From positions 60,526,314 to 60,587,648 of the forward strand of contig JASCQW010000032.1 in the NCBI GenBank assembly GCA_030264375.1: a stretch of 61,335 bases of DNA. The letters run 5' to 3'. Under the pieces are notes generated by a model. That model made no database searches and was not told where the DNA came from. It worked only from the letters and a program-made list of their open reading frames with translations. Shown in pieces: positions 35,995 through 48,520 of the stretch; positions within the stretch are counted from its first letter, which is position 1; each line of letters starts with the position of its first letter. Made by a program: the position numbers and the translations under genes. The DNA comes from Carcharhinus longimanus (taxonomy: Eukaryota).

Positions 35995-36810
35995 TCCTGT
36001 TTGTGCTGCCCCGCAATGTTCACCTGAATCAATACTATTTCCCCATCCTTTCCTATCTTTTCTGAACACCTTGTATTCAGAACTATGTTATACCCAGTCC
36101 TGCCCTTCTTTGAGTCAGGTCTCTGTTGTGGCCACAACTTTATATTTGCATATGCCTATCAGTGCCTGCAACTCATTAATCTTATTTACTAAACACTATG
36201 CATTCACATACATGCACTGTAACCATAATTTAAACTTTATTACTTTGCCTCTTACACTGAACCTATCAAATACCTTACCATTTTCTACCCTAGTACCAAC
36301 TATCTCTCCCAAGATTCCTTACACCTTGCCATCCCTCTCTAACATTACCTCTTGGTTCCCATATTCACACTACAGAAACATTTGTCTATTCCACTGACAA
36401 TTGAATTTCCTATCATTATTGTTCTTCTAGTCTTCATTGTAACACTCCCCCCTCCATGTTCTCCCCCCATAACCCCCCCAACCCCCTGCCTACCTCCTGT
36501 CCCCACCCCATACAGCTGAACCAACCTTGATGCCATGGACTTGGTGCTTTGGCTGCACTCTCCAGATCTACCAATACTTTCAGCACATTCAAAACTGAAT
36601 ACAGGTTGGAGTAAGGTGCATTTAGGGGGCTCTTGTGTGACTACCTGTTTCTTCTTTACTGTCTGGTGGCCAACTATTCCATCTCTTTGCAGACTCATAA
36701 ACTGCAGGGTGACCAAATCCATAAAAGTGCTATCCATAGAGTTCTTAACCACACAGATGTGCCACAGTGGCACCCGCTTCTCCTCAAGTTCTGAAACTTG
36801 AAACCTGAGC
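35995..36810 (-). mobile_element. CR1 ORF1 (esterase/SGNH-like) remnant
   Basis: 'RRTIMIGNSIVSGIDKCFC' resembles the CR1 ORF1 'VIGDSIVRG' motif. Confidence 0.6.
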
Positions 36811-37039
36811 TATTGCAGCTCCCCAAATCTGTTCTAGTTATTCAAGCAAATCATGGCTGATCGCTACCTCAATTCCATTTTTCCACCTTGCTACTGTACC
36901 CTTAATGTTTCTGTAACCCATTACATTTTTACCTAATAAAGGTAATGGGTATACCATGAAAACCAACACTGCTCAATTTGCAGTTTACAATTTGCAGTGG
37001 CAGCTTTCCATCTCGTCAGACGATGGTCTGCTCCATGGT

Positions 37040-37985
37040 GATCAACCCAATGTTCAGCATTGCCTGGCGTGCTTCAAGAGCTCCAGTTTGGCATGACACT
37101 CTGTCGCATTTGCTACAGAGGAAGACAGAGGCCTGACAAGATGCAGGATTCGTTCACCTCTGTTTGTACTGGGCCTTACTCTCAGGCAGCTATGCTTTCT
37201 ATATCTTATTATCTCTTCCAGTGCCTCTCCAAACACACTCTAGGGTTCACAACCATCATCAACTATCTTTCAATTGTTGGTGTCAATGTCCACCATCTTT
37301 ATATTTTATTTGCAGGTATCTTCATGGTGGACTTTGTAGCAGAGTTATAAATGCCCAGGAGATCTTGACCCAGTGGACAATTCACCACACAGCAAGTCTT
37401 TGGGAACATGACCATCATCCATCTAAAGAACATGGTTGAGCCAGTGCAGACTGTGGTGATTGTAATGATTGTCCCTTTAATGACAACACAACAGATGATG
37501 GTCACCTAGCTTGATGGACCACTTGGGACTGAGAGTGCTAATCACACCAGATGGGGTAGAGTCCTCTCTAAGGCAGAAGACATCTTGAAGACATATAGGA
37601 ACTGAGACAGTTGATGGGTAGCTCCAGGGCAGCCAGGGGCTGCTGGCCTCTGCAGCTTTTCCTCATTAATACCTTTTGTGTTCCTGATAAAGTCTGTGAG
37701 CGTGCATTTTTACACAGATGTTGTTTCTTAGCAATGAGTGCATGTTGATGGAATTGGCATGCTCCAGGCCCTCTGGGTTAATGGGCCTGTCCTGCCTTGA
37801 GATGTTAAGAATATGGAGTCACTGCGGCAGAGGAGTGCGCTAAGGATGCAGACTTGGTAGATTCACAGCTTGGTGTTCTCAGTCAGGTTGCTTTTGATCC
37901 ACATTCTCAGACTCAGCATGGACATAACAGCTGCAGCTTTTGCAATGCCTTTTTAGATTTTAGCTTTCAGCATTCAGCTGACTAT
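37040..37985 (-). mobile_element. RTE-type LINE fragments
   Basis: Shares 'aatgcccaggagatcttgacccagtgg' with the 35150 region. Confidence 0.55.
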
Positions 37986-38689
37986 GCTTGTTTACAATTA
38001 GGGATTTCTAAATTATAACCCACATGTAAATGGCACAATTTTCATTTCTCTTCTATAATTTTTGAACAATGAATGGTATTTTTCTATTATAAAAATAAAC
38101 CATGTGCATTCTTCCCAACCTAAGTGGGCTAGCATCAGCTGGCCAAGTTTAAAAAATACAATCTGACATTGTGCCCTACACTCCAACCTTCCATGCTGAC
38201 AGGCATTGTAATGGGAGCCAGCAGGCAGTGTGCCAACCCTCTCTGATGAAAACCAGCAAAGTTTGGCTTGAATAAACCTCAATTCTATTCCTGACTGCTA
38301 TTACAGCAGATTGAGTCCCTCTCCTCATATTGCTACATCCAGCATTAATTGCCCACTTAAGGGTCTCAATTGGCATCTAGATGGCAAGACCCCTCAGAAG
38401 CTTTCCTGCCCCAGACTTAATCGAGAGGTGATGAGAAGAGGTGGAGTCCCAGCCTGCATAGACGAGGGAGAGAATTCATGGGCCCTCATTCTTCTCCTGT
38501 TTCTGGACCCCTTATTCCACATTCCATCACACTTTCCATTAAACAATAAATATTTTCTGATATTAAATTAAAATTAAGCACACCTGTTAATGTCCAGCAT
38601 GAAACAGAATCAGAGAGCAAAGTACTCGAGATGCTGGAAATCTGATGTATAAACAGAAAATGCAGCATCTGTAATGGATTCCTGGGTGA

Positions 38690-41640
38690 ACGTCAAGTTG
38701 AGATACTTTAGTGATGACAGTATGTCATTAAACATTAAAATATTACCAATCATCATGAGAAGTTTTCTCTGTTCAAAGTATCGATAAACCACTGGGTTGT
38801 TCATAGTATAATCTGGCCATCCTCTCTGGCAATATGCTTTTATTTGATCCATGCTGTGTATCCTGTGTATGGTTTGCTACATTAATGCAAATACTTCATT
38901 TTAAAATATTTCTGCCTATGTAATTACATTTAAATGCTAAGATTTTAAAGTTAGCTTGACCACATTTTAAACTCAGCAGGCATGCTGGGATTATTTTGAA
39001 AAATTGGCTCCATTCTTTGAAATTACAATGCTAGCAAAAACAAGCTTCCTCATAGGCCAAAACAAAGCTTTTCACAGTCACAGTTGCAAATTGTTTATGA
39101 AAGTTAGAGACAGCTTGTACTAAGCAATTTCAATATGAGATTACGGACAACCTATAATTTTGCCTTCAGCCATTTGTTTTTCAGTTTTAGTCAAGTCTAT
39201 TTTCAAGACCAGTACAATACAGACTTTTGCAAGTCTCTCTCTCTCGCTCCCCCAGTTTTTCACTCTCTGCAATAGGCTAATTTAAAATTATGCTCAATAA
39301 AAGACATTCAACATATCAGTACTGTCTCCATCTATTCTGAGGAATGGATGGATGCTAGAACACATTTATCAACTTATTGCCATGCTTCTTCCTTTTTGGT
39401 TGCTCGTAAGTGTTATTAATCAGTGAAGAACAAGCTTCCAATTCCTCAACAAAATTTAAATCTTCCAGTCTGACTTCTTCCACTTGTATTCTTGATAATG
39501 CACTGGCTCTCATCTCGTACTTCACTTGAATGTGCTTAGAAACTGAATTGTGTCTCATGAGCCTCAATCTAAAACATTGAATTTGAGGTGGCATTTTTAC
39601 AAGTTCCTTTAGGTTGAGAAGAGTAATCGAAGGTTTGTGGTTCGTTTCAATTTTAAACCTAATCCAATAACATAATCAGATAACTTATTGCACATCCATA
39701 TGACTGCTAATGCTTCTTTCTCAATGGTTGCATACCTCTTCTGTGTGTCTATGAGAGATCTGAAGCATAATAAACTAGCCTTCTTTGTCCACTTTTTAAA
39801 CATTGTGTCTAGCCTGTAGATGATGGGTCCAATGACACAATTGTTGGCAACTTTAGATGTTAATGTAGTGGAATCTCTGGAGTAATTATATTTTTGATTT
39901 TTTCAAAAACATTTGCTAGTCCACATTCCAGCACCATTGCTGGTCTTGTCTCAACAGCTGTCATAATGACTCGTTGACTTCTGACAAATCTGGTAGGAAT
40001 TTGCCTACTTGGTTGACCATCCCGGTGAACATTTATAATTCTGTAATGATTCTAAGCTGTAGAAACTCTCCAAAGACCTGGGATTTCTATGGGTTGGTCA
40101 TAATTGCTGAAGTTTGCACAATGTGCCCGAAGAATTTTATTATAGGCTTTGCAAAGTTACATTTGCTAGTTAATGTCAATCCTGCTTGTTATAAAACCTT
40201 GAAGACTGCTCTCACTCAACTGTCATGTTCTCCCCTCAATGAACCATGTACATAGAATGTCGTCCATATGGCATATTCTTCATGCCTTCCAGGATCTGAG
40301 ACATCATCCTTCAGAATATTTCAGGTGTAGAAATAATTCTGAATGGGAACCTATTGAAATAATAACAACCAAATGGAGTGACAAAAAATAGTTAGCTTTC
40401 TGAATTCTTTCTCCAGAGGCAACTGCCGAAAGCATCCAATTTTGTGAAGAGGGTATTCTTTGCTAATTTGGCAAGACTTTCATCCACTGATGCCATCAGG
40501 TGGATCTCATGCTCTATTAACTTGTTTAATTGATTCAATTCCAGACAGATTCTAATTGAACCATTAGAGTTTGGTATTGTGATCATTCCAGAACACCACT
40601 TTGTCAGTATGGTTAAACATGTGTTCAATCTCAGTCTTGACTTTGCTTAATGATGGCCAAGAGACTTTCTTCACTGCTTTGCTGAGCATCTGCCCTTACG
40701 GTTACATGACATTCTGTCTTCAGCTTTCCTAAGCCCAAAAAAAAACCCAAAATAAGGCTGGAAGTTCTTTTCTGAATATTTTACTGGATTGCTAGATATC
40801 ATAAACCTTGTAAATGCAAGAATGCTTTTTTGTTCAATGATGGTGACTCACAGTTCTGTATAGCGCACAGGTACCTAATAATTTCTTTATTCTTATATCT
40901 TAATTTCACCAAATGTTAGCCTCTTAATTTGTGATAACTCACTTGGACTTTGCACCTGATGGAGGATTAAGTGTCTTTACTTCATCAGACAATACTGAAA
41001 CACCTGCGCCAGTATCTAGCTTGAATTCTTTAGGGTGATCATTAAGTGTTAAGTCAGTCATCCAATATTCATTTTCTGATTTATTAATTTCCCTTAGGTT
41101 TTTTTTCTGTGTTTCATTCAATTTTAAAGTAAAGTTAAAGTTTATTTATTAGTCACAAGTAATCCTTACATTAACACTGCAATGAAGTTACTGTGAAATT
41201 CCCCTAGTTGCCACACTCTGGCGCCTGTTCGGGTCAATGAATCTAACTGGCCCGTCTTTCAGATTGTGGGAGGAAACTGGAGCACCTGGAAAAAACCCAC
41301 ACAGACACAAGGAGAAAGTGCAAATTTTACACAGACAGTGACCCAAGCCGGGAATCGTACCTGGGTCCCTGGTGCTGTGCGGCAGCAGTGCTAATCACTG
41401 TGCCACTGTGCCGCCCATTTTATTTGGCCTTGTTATTTCCCCTTTCTTCCTGTCAGCTACATGTATTTTAGGCCAGCAGATTTTCTTTAAATATTGTAAT
41501 TTTTCACAGTTGTGGCATTTTGCACCTTGGTAAGCACTCTTCCTGCTTGTGCAGAATTTACTCACCACACTGAGACCATATCAAGGTTTGCACTGATTTT
41601 ATGTTCTTTTCTTCACTGCACTTTCTCCTTGTGTCTCATG
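38690..41640 (-). mobile_element. Decayed Ty3/Gypsy retrotransposon
   Basis: Zn-knuckle remnant (~41500), protease 'FKLDTGAGVSVL', RT 'GSIRICL...FTKLDA', RNase H 'QKRYATIEKEALAVIW', 'IKAYCQRGWP'. Confidence 0.88.
41128..41417 (-). mobile_element. HE1-like SINE, second tail type, nested in the Gypsy element
   Basis: Well-preserved 'gggcggcacagtggcacagtg...aataaataaacttt'. Confidence 0.88.
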
Positions 41641-41950
41641 TCTTGAAAGGCTGCACCCATTTTGTTCTAAAGGACATTACTTTCCCCATGAAAATTTGCA
41701 CTGTTTTGCCAAAACTTAGTCCATTATGCCATTTGTGACAGCTAATAACACTCACGGACAACCAAAAAGGAGGAAGCATGACAATAAGTTGATAAATGCG
41801 TTGTAGCATCCATCCATTCCTCAGAATAGATGGAGACACTACTGATATGTTGAATGTCTTTTACTGATAATTTTAAATTAACCTCTTACAGAGAGTGAAA
41901 AAACTGCCTCATTTGCAAAAAAATAAAGACCCTGATATGATTTTAAGTGT

Positions 41951-42022
41951 AGTAGCATGGTTGAGTGGTCTAAGGCACTGGATTAAAATCCCAATTTCTG
42001 GCTTTGAATCCCACCACTGCCA
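41951..42022 (+). pseudogene. Decayed tRNA-Leu (AAG/TAG-type) pseudogene
   Basis: agtagcatggttgagtggtctaaggcactggattaa...tttgaatcccaccactgcca aligns to recalled tRNA-Leu GGTAGCGTGGCCGAGCGGTCTAAGGCGCTGGATTAAG...TTCGAATCCCACCGCTGCCA, with CpG decay and a variable-arm deletion. Confidence 0.8.
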
Positions 42023-42039
42023 AAGTTTCAGTTCACTAA

Positions 42040-43720
42040 CATTTGTGGAGCTTTGGGTGAACATTTGACAAATTAACTTTGAATATATGACCTAATTTCC
42101 CTTATCTGGGATGAGAAAAACATGCCACGAGATCTCAGAGATGCCATAATTGTGACCGTCTTCAAAAAATGTGACAAATCCGACAGCATTAACTACAGAG
42201 GACTGTCCCTGCTGTCAGGCACAGGGAAGGTCACCGAAGAGTCCTCCTTCATTGCATTTTTCCTGTGGCTAAAAATCTCTTCCTAGAATCCCAATGCTGG
42301 TTCTGCCTACAGAGGGGAACAACAGACATGATCTACATCATAGCAGCTGCAAGAGAAATTTAAGGAACTGCAAACCCCTTCTATTTGGCCTTTTTTGACC
42401 TCACAAAAGCCCTCAACACTGTCAACAGTGACTATGGAGCATCCTCCTCTGTTTCGGCTTGTCCCCAAAAGTCTGTCACCATCTTCCGCCTGCCTCATAA
42501 TGACAAGCAAGCGATGATCCTGACCGGCAGATCTACCACAGATCCAATTCACATTCAGATTGGGGTCAAGCAAGGCTGTATCAATGCACCAACTTTCTTC
42601 TTGATGTTCAGTGTTCCATATCTACCTCAGCAAGTCCCTGGTTGGAGTGAAACTAAATTACAAAACAAATGGGAACTTACTCAATCTGTACTGCCTGCAG
42701 GCCAGATCCTGGGTCAGCCCATCCTGTCATTGAACAACAGTATGCAGATGAAGCTTGCATCTGCGTAATCAGATGTCAAGCTCCAAACCATGATCAACAT
42801 TTTCACTGAGGCATACAAGAGCATTGGGTGTACACTAAACACCTGCAAGACAAAGATCCTCTACCAAACTTCCCCTCCACCATGCAGCACTGCCTCCCAG
42901 TTATCCAAATCCATACCAAGGCCTTGGAGAACGTGGACCACGTTCCACATTTTGGGAGTCTACTATCAACAACGGCAGACATCGACGACAATGTTCAGCA
43001 CCACCTTCAGTGTGCCTGCACAGCCTTTGGTCACTTGAGGAAAGGAGTGTTTGAAGACTAAGCCCTCAAACACAGCACCAAGCTCATGGCCTACAGAGCA
43101 GTAGTGATACTCCCACTGCTTTATGGCTCAGACACATGGGCTATGTACAGCAGACAACTCAATACCTTGGAGAAATACCACCAGTGCCGCCTCTGCAAGA
43201 TACTGAAAATCCATTGACAGGATGATGCACTAACTTCCGTGTTCATGCTTAGACCAACATCCCCAGCATTGAAGCATTGATCATGTTCTATCAGCTCTGC
43301 CGATGGGCTGTATCGTCCGCATGCCTGACACGAGACATTCAAACCAAGTGCTCTACTTGGAGTTTGATGAAGCAGGGAGACCCCAGACAAGTAGCAACAA
43401 TTTAAGGATACCTTTAAAGGCTGCTTGAAAAATTGCAACGTCCCCACCGACATTTGGATGTCACCTCTCGCCCAAGACAATCTGTAGTGGAGAAAAAACA
43501 TTGGGAAGGAGGTGTACATTTCGAGTTTCTTTGCCAAGAGCAAGCTGAAGCCAAGGGTCGATAGCAAACTGAATGCATGGCAACCCAGGCACTCCACCCA
43601 CCCACTCCTTCAACCACTGTCTGTCCCACTCCAAGTCATGCATTGTATGCTCAATCACCTGAGAACTCATTTTTAGTGGGGAAATAAGTAATCCATGACT
43701 CTAGGGACTGTCTAAGAAGA
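42040..43720 (+). mobile_element. RTE-type LINE RT fragment
   Basis: 'NYRGLSLL', 'AFFDLTKALNTVN', 'GVKQGCINAPTFF', 'AFGHLRKGVFED'. Confidence 0.85.
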
Positions 43721-43859
43721 CGGTTATATGATCACGTATTAATTAATCTCTAAGGATCCTGAGGTCACAATTTTCAGCAAGTCAGTACATGTCATTTATA
43801 AATAAATTCATGTATTTACTCAGTTCTTGTTTCCTCTTATTACAATTCGATCACTCAAT

Positions 43860-45935
43860 GATAGAATTACTTTGAACACTGAAGTATACATTGAATGGCT
43901 GAAAGACTTCATCATATGAGCTTGAGGCCTCAGTATCATGTCATTGGCAATCACAATCTGCTAGACAAACCCAAAATGTATAGCATCAAAGAGCGAATCA
44001 AGATGGGCATCAGTATGAAGCGATCCTCTTAGTTGACAAAGATAACAGGTCCTAAGTAAACCCCAATTGTTAATTCAGTTACTGAAATACCTAGCAAGAA
44101 GGTGTGACCTTTTGCATGCACCAAGAAAATGCCCACCTTTTCATCAAGTCTGCAAGGCATGTGGCAGAAAGCAGCATCCGCAGCAGTGATTAGAGTAAAG
44201 ACTGATACAGCCACAAAGAGCCATGCACTGATCTAACAGACCAGACACAATGTGTACCTTCATACAACAAGAATGACCATCTGGTATCCTGCCAGGAACA
44301 TACACATGAGGTGATCGATAAACCAGGAAACAATGATGATATGTTAGAGGAGACAAAAAGCATATATTTCACACCATCAATCTCTGGGAAAACATAGATG
44401 CCATGTTACTGTTCCAAGTGTTTGCCAAGATTGCCCTAAGAAAGTTGGCAATCTTTTATTGGTCAAGATTGACACTGGGGCAAGTTCCAATATACTACCT
44501 CTAAAGAAAGATGGATCACTGAAAGTGTGCCTTGATCTACAATGTTTAATCACAACTTTAAAATATTGTCCCGACAAAATGCCAATATTAGAAGAGTTGC
44601 AAAACATTTCTTGAAGCTTGATGCCAAGCATGTTTACTAGTGAGAATATCTCACAGAGAAGTTCCAAGAGCTAACTACATTTCTTATCCCATTCAGACAA
44701 TACTGTTTTCAACAACTTTCTTTCGGGCTGTCAGTTGACCAGGATCTTTTTCAAGCTCACATGAACTGCATTACATTCATTAATATTGTTGACGACATAG
44801 CTGTTGTGGGAAAAATAGAGCAAGAACATGACCATAACAGCAGCAAGTAATGAAAGAATAGTGTTCAACTGTTGAAATGTGACATTAACATGCAGCAAAT
44901 CAATTCCTTCAGTTGTATTTATTCTCATGTTGGCATATGTCATGATTCAGATAAAATAGAGGATATTAAAATCATGTCAACAACCTCAAGAGAAGGGCAC
45001 TGTTCAAAGACATCTAGGTCTCTTTAATTTTTTTCTCCATACATTCCCCAATTTTTCTCAAAATTCACTAGAATTGTTGAGAAAGGAGGTGCCTTCCTGT
45101 GGCACGAAGACCATCAATATCTATTTGAAGCACTGAAACAGTCATTATCAGAGCATTGACATTGCAATTTTAAGAACCTAAAGAGAAAACTGCCCTGAAG
45201 ATAGATGCCTCACAGAAAGGTCTGGGAGCATGCATACCACAAAAATGCAAACCAATGTGATTTGCTTCAAAGATTTATGCCTGTAACACAATCTAACTAC
45301 TCCAATATCAAGCGGGATATATTCGCTTTAGTGTTTGGAATCATATCCATCTACCTGGCAAAAGATTTGTGGTAAACACTGACCATAAGCCATTGGAAGT
45401 GATTTGGTGCAAACCATTGACCAGTGCATCATCAAAATCTCTTGATAAAAATGCATGATTATGAGATTAGGTACAAACCAGGTAACTTGATCACATTGAA
45501 TACCCTTAGCAGATTGCCTAACCCAGCAAAAACAGAAGATGTAATCATAGATGTACAAGCTGACTTCATTGACATTGATTGGAAGGCATTCTCCAAATTG
45601 ATCTATTACATTTTGTGCAATGCAAATGCCAGGAGCTACAAACAGAAATGGTGAAAGATTCTACATCACAGAAAATATAGAAAACCATGATCAAAGATGT
45701 GGCTCTGATTCAATTCAGCATGTTTCTGAACAGGTGACACCATTTTGGCCTTAGCAGGATGGAGTTATGCATCTCCCAGGAAGTCCTACTACAAGACAAG
45801 CAGGTGATCATACCGGAATCTTTGGAAACTGATAGTCTCAAAAACTTCATCACTTACACATGGGCATAGGATGAACAAGAACACACAGAACAGGCAACCT
45901 ATTAGCCAGGTATAAACAAGGACTTTGAATTTGGG
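43860..45935 (+). mobile_element. Heavily deleted Ty3/Gypsy retrotransposon
   Basis: 'KIDTGASSNIL', 'DGSLKVCLDL', 'DASQKGLGA', 'TDHKPLE', 'YEIRYKPG', 'HMGI'. Confidence 0.8.
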
Positions 45936-46217
45936 TTACACCATTCGTGAGTCCAGAATTCTATTTTTACTAATCAACTGACAATGTATGGTTCACAATG
46001 TGATCATCTCATATAAGCTCCCAACTCGTTCACATTCCTGCGTTTCTCACACAACTTTTAGGATTCAGTCTGTTTTGAAGTAATGTAATTCATACATTAC
46101 TTCCCCAAGAGCTTCTTGAGTTTTATTGATCTCTTATTTTCATACAGAAAACTGACTTTTTTGTGGAGAGAGCTCAGCTTGCTTCCAAACAAAACAAGAA
46201 TTGGATAACTGTGTCCA

Positions 46218-46356
46218 GCTGCAGCTCTCCTTTGTGTCTGCAGCTCTCCTTTGTGTCTGCAGCTCCCCTGTCTGTTTGCAGCCCTTCTTTGTGTCCACAG
46301 GTCTTCTTTGTGTCTGCAGTTCTTCTTTGCATCTGCAGCTCTCCTTTATGTCTGCC
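46218..46356. repeat. Minisatellite, ~19-nt unit ctgcagctctcctttgtgt x ~7
   Basis: Visible tandem units; repetitive ORF 'RRAADTKE'. Confidence 0.85.
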
Positions 46357-46814
46357 AGCCACAAGACTTCTGGTCGTAACCTTCTCCCTGATGGTATACT
46401 CCATAGTGAAGTGAAAAGCTTTGAGATTCAGGAGCTCTAAGAAAATGTGCTGGCAATATCATTTCTAAATCTAATATTATGTTGTTTTCCTATGTATTAA
46501 TCATTTGAGTTTTCAAATGCTGTAAAACTGTGCTCTTTACGAGAAAAATATTCATGCCAGTAGTCGTTTTATTTCAAACTGTGTAGTATATTGAAACATT
46601 AGTCTTTAGATTAGCTAGAATTTCATTATGCAACAGTTCAATTCCTTATTCAATCCTTTTAAAAATGTGAGTTATGAAAGACAACTTCTTATTGGGAGAC
46701 GGCAGATGGACCAGTCACTGTTTTTCTTGATGTCCAGGGCATAATTTCAGATTTGACGATGATGCAAGACTAGGAATTATTGTGAATTGTAAGGGGGAAA
46801 GTGATTGACTTGAA

Positions 46815-47113
46815 GGGTGGCATAGTGGCACAGTGGTTAGCACTGCTGCCTCATAGCGCTAGGGACCCGGGTTTAATTCCGTCCTCGGGTCACTGTCTGT
46901 GTGGACTTTACATGTTCTCCCTGTGTCTGTATGGGTTTCCTCCGGGTGCTCCAGTTTCCTCCCACAGCCCAAAGATATGCTGGTTGGGTTGATTGCCCAT
47001 GCTAAATTGTTCCTTAGTGTTAGGGGGATGTCAGGAGGATTAGTAGGCTAAATATGTGGCATTAAGGGGATAGGGCAGGGAGAAATTATTGTCAGTGCAG
47101 ACTTGATGGGCCA
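46815..47113 (+). mobile_element. HE1-like SINE
   Basis: Head and core present. Confidence 0.88.
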
Positions 47114-48520
47114 CACAGGAAGCCGTTGAGTAAGATAAGAGCTCATGGTGTTAAAGGTGAGGTACTAGCATGGATAGAAGATTGGCTGACTGGTAGAAGG
47201 CAGAGAGTGGGAATAAAGGCGTCCTCTACAGGATGGCAGCTGGTGACTAGTGGAGTTTTGTAGGAGTCAGTGTTGGGATCACAACTTTTCACTTTATACA
47301 TCAATGACCTAGATGAAGGNNNNNNNNNNNNNNNNNNNNNNNNNNNNNNNNNNNNNNNNNNNNNNNNNNNNNNNNNNNNNNNNNNNNNNNNNNNNNNNNN
47401 NNNNNNNNNNNNNNNNNNNNNNNNNNNNNNNNNNNNNNNNNNNNNNNNNNNNNNNNNNNNNNNNNNNNNNNNNNNNNNNNNNNNNNNNNNNNNNNNNNNN
47501 NNNNNNNNNNNNNNNNNNNNNNNNNNNNNNNNNNNNNNNNNNNNNNNNNNNNNNNNNNNNNNNNNNNNNNNNNNNNNNNNNNNNNNNNNNNNNNNNNNNN
47601 NNNNNNNNNNNNNNNNNNNNNNNNNNNNNNNNNNNNNNNNNNNNNNNNNNNNNNNNNNNNNNNNNNNNNNNNNNNNNNNNNNNNNNNNNNNNNNNNNNNN
47701 NNNNNNNNNNNNNNNNNNNNNNNNNNNNNNNNNNNNNNNNNNNNNNNNNNNNNNNNNNNNNNNNNNNNNNNNNNNNNNNNNNNNNNNNNNNNNNNNNNNN
47801 NNNNNNNNNNNNNNNNNNNNNNNNNNNNNNNNNNNNNNNNNNNNNNNNNNNNNNNNNNNNNNNNNNNNNNNNNNNNNNNNNNNNNNNNNNNNNNNNNNNN
47901 NNNNNNNNNNNNNNNNNNNNNNNNNNNNNNNNNNNNNNNNNNNNNNNNNNNNNNNNNNNNNNNNNNNNNNNNNNNNNNATTGTGGGCCATGTTGGGCCCC
48001 GTAACTAAGAAAGGATGTGCTGGCCTTGGAGAGGGTTCAGACAAGGATCACGAGAATGATCCCGGGAATGAAATGCTTAATGTATGAGGAACATTTGAGG
48101 ACTCTGGGTCAGTACTCGATGGAATTTAGAAGGATGACAGGGGATTTCATTGAAACTTGCAGAATACTGAAAGACCTGGATAGAGTGGATGTGGGGAAGA
48201 TGTTTTCATTAGTAGGAGAGACTAGGGTCGGAGGGCACAGCCTCAGAATTAAGGGAAGAACCTATAGAACCGAGATGAGGAAGAGCTTCTTCAGCCAGAG
48301 AGTGGTGAATCTATGGAATTCATTGTCACAGAAAGCTATGGAGGCCAGATCATTGAGTATATTTAAGATAGAGATAGATATGTTCTTGATTGGTACGGGG
48401 ATCAAAGGTAATGGGGAAACAATGGGAGAATAAGGTTGAGAAACTTTTCAGCCATGATTGAGTGACGGAGCAAACTGATGGGCCGAATGGCCCAATTCTG
48501 CTCCAATATGTTAAGGTCTA
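47114..48520 (+). mobile_element. CR1-type LINE (spanning a gap), followed by further CR1 3' ends to ~49030
   Basis: '[15 protein letters not shown]', 'ALERVQTRITRMIPGM...FFSQRVVNLWNSL'. Confidence 0.88.

Noticed and set aside
41951-42022. Functional tRNA-Leu gene
   Set aside because: CpG-type mutations in the stems and B box, an altered anticodon region and a deleted variable arm.
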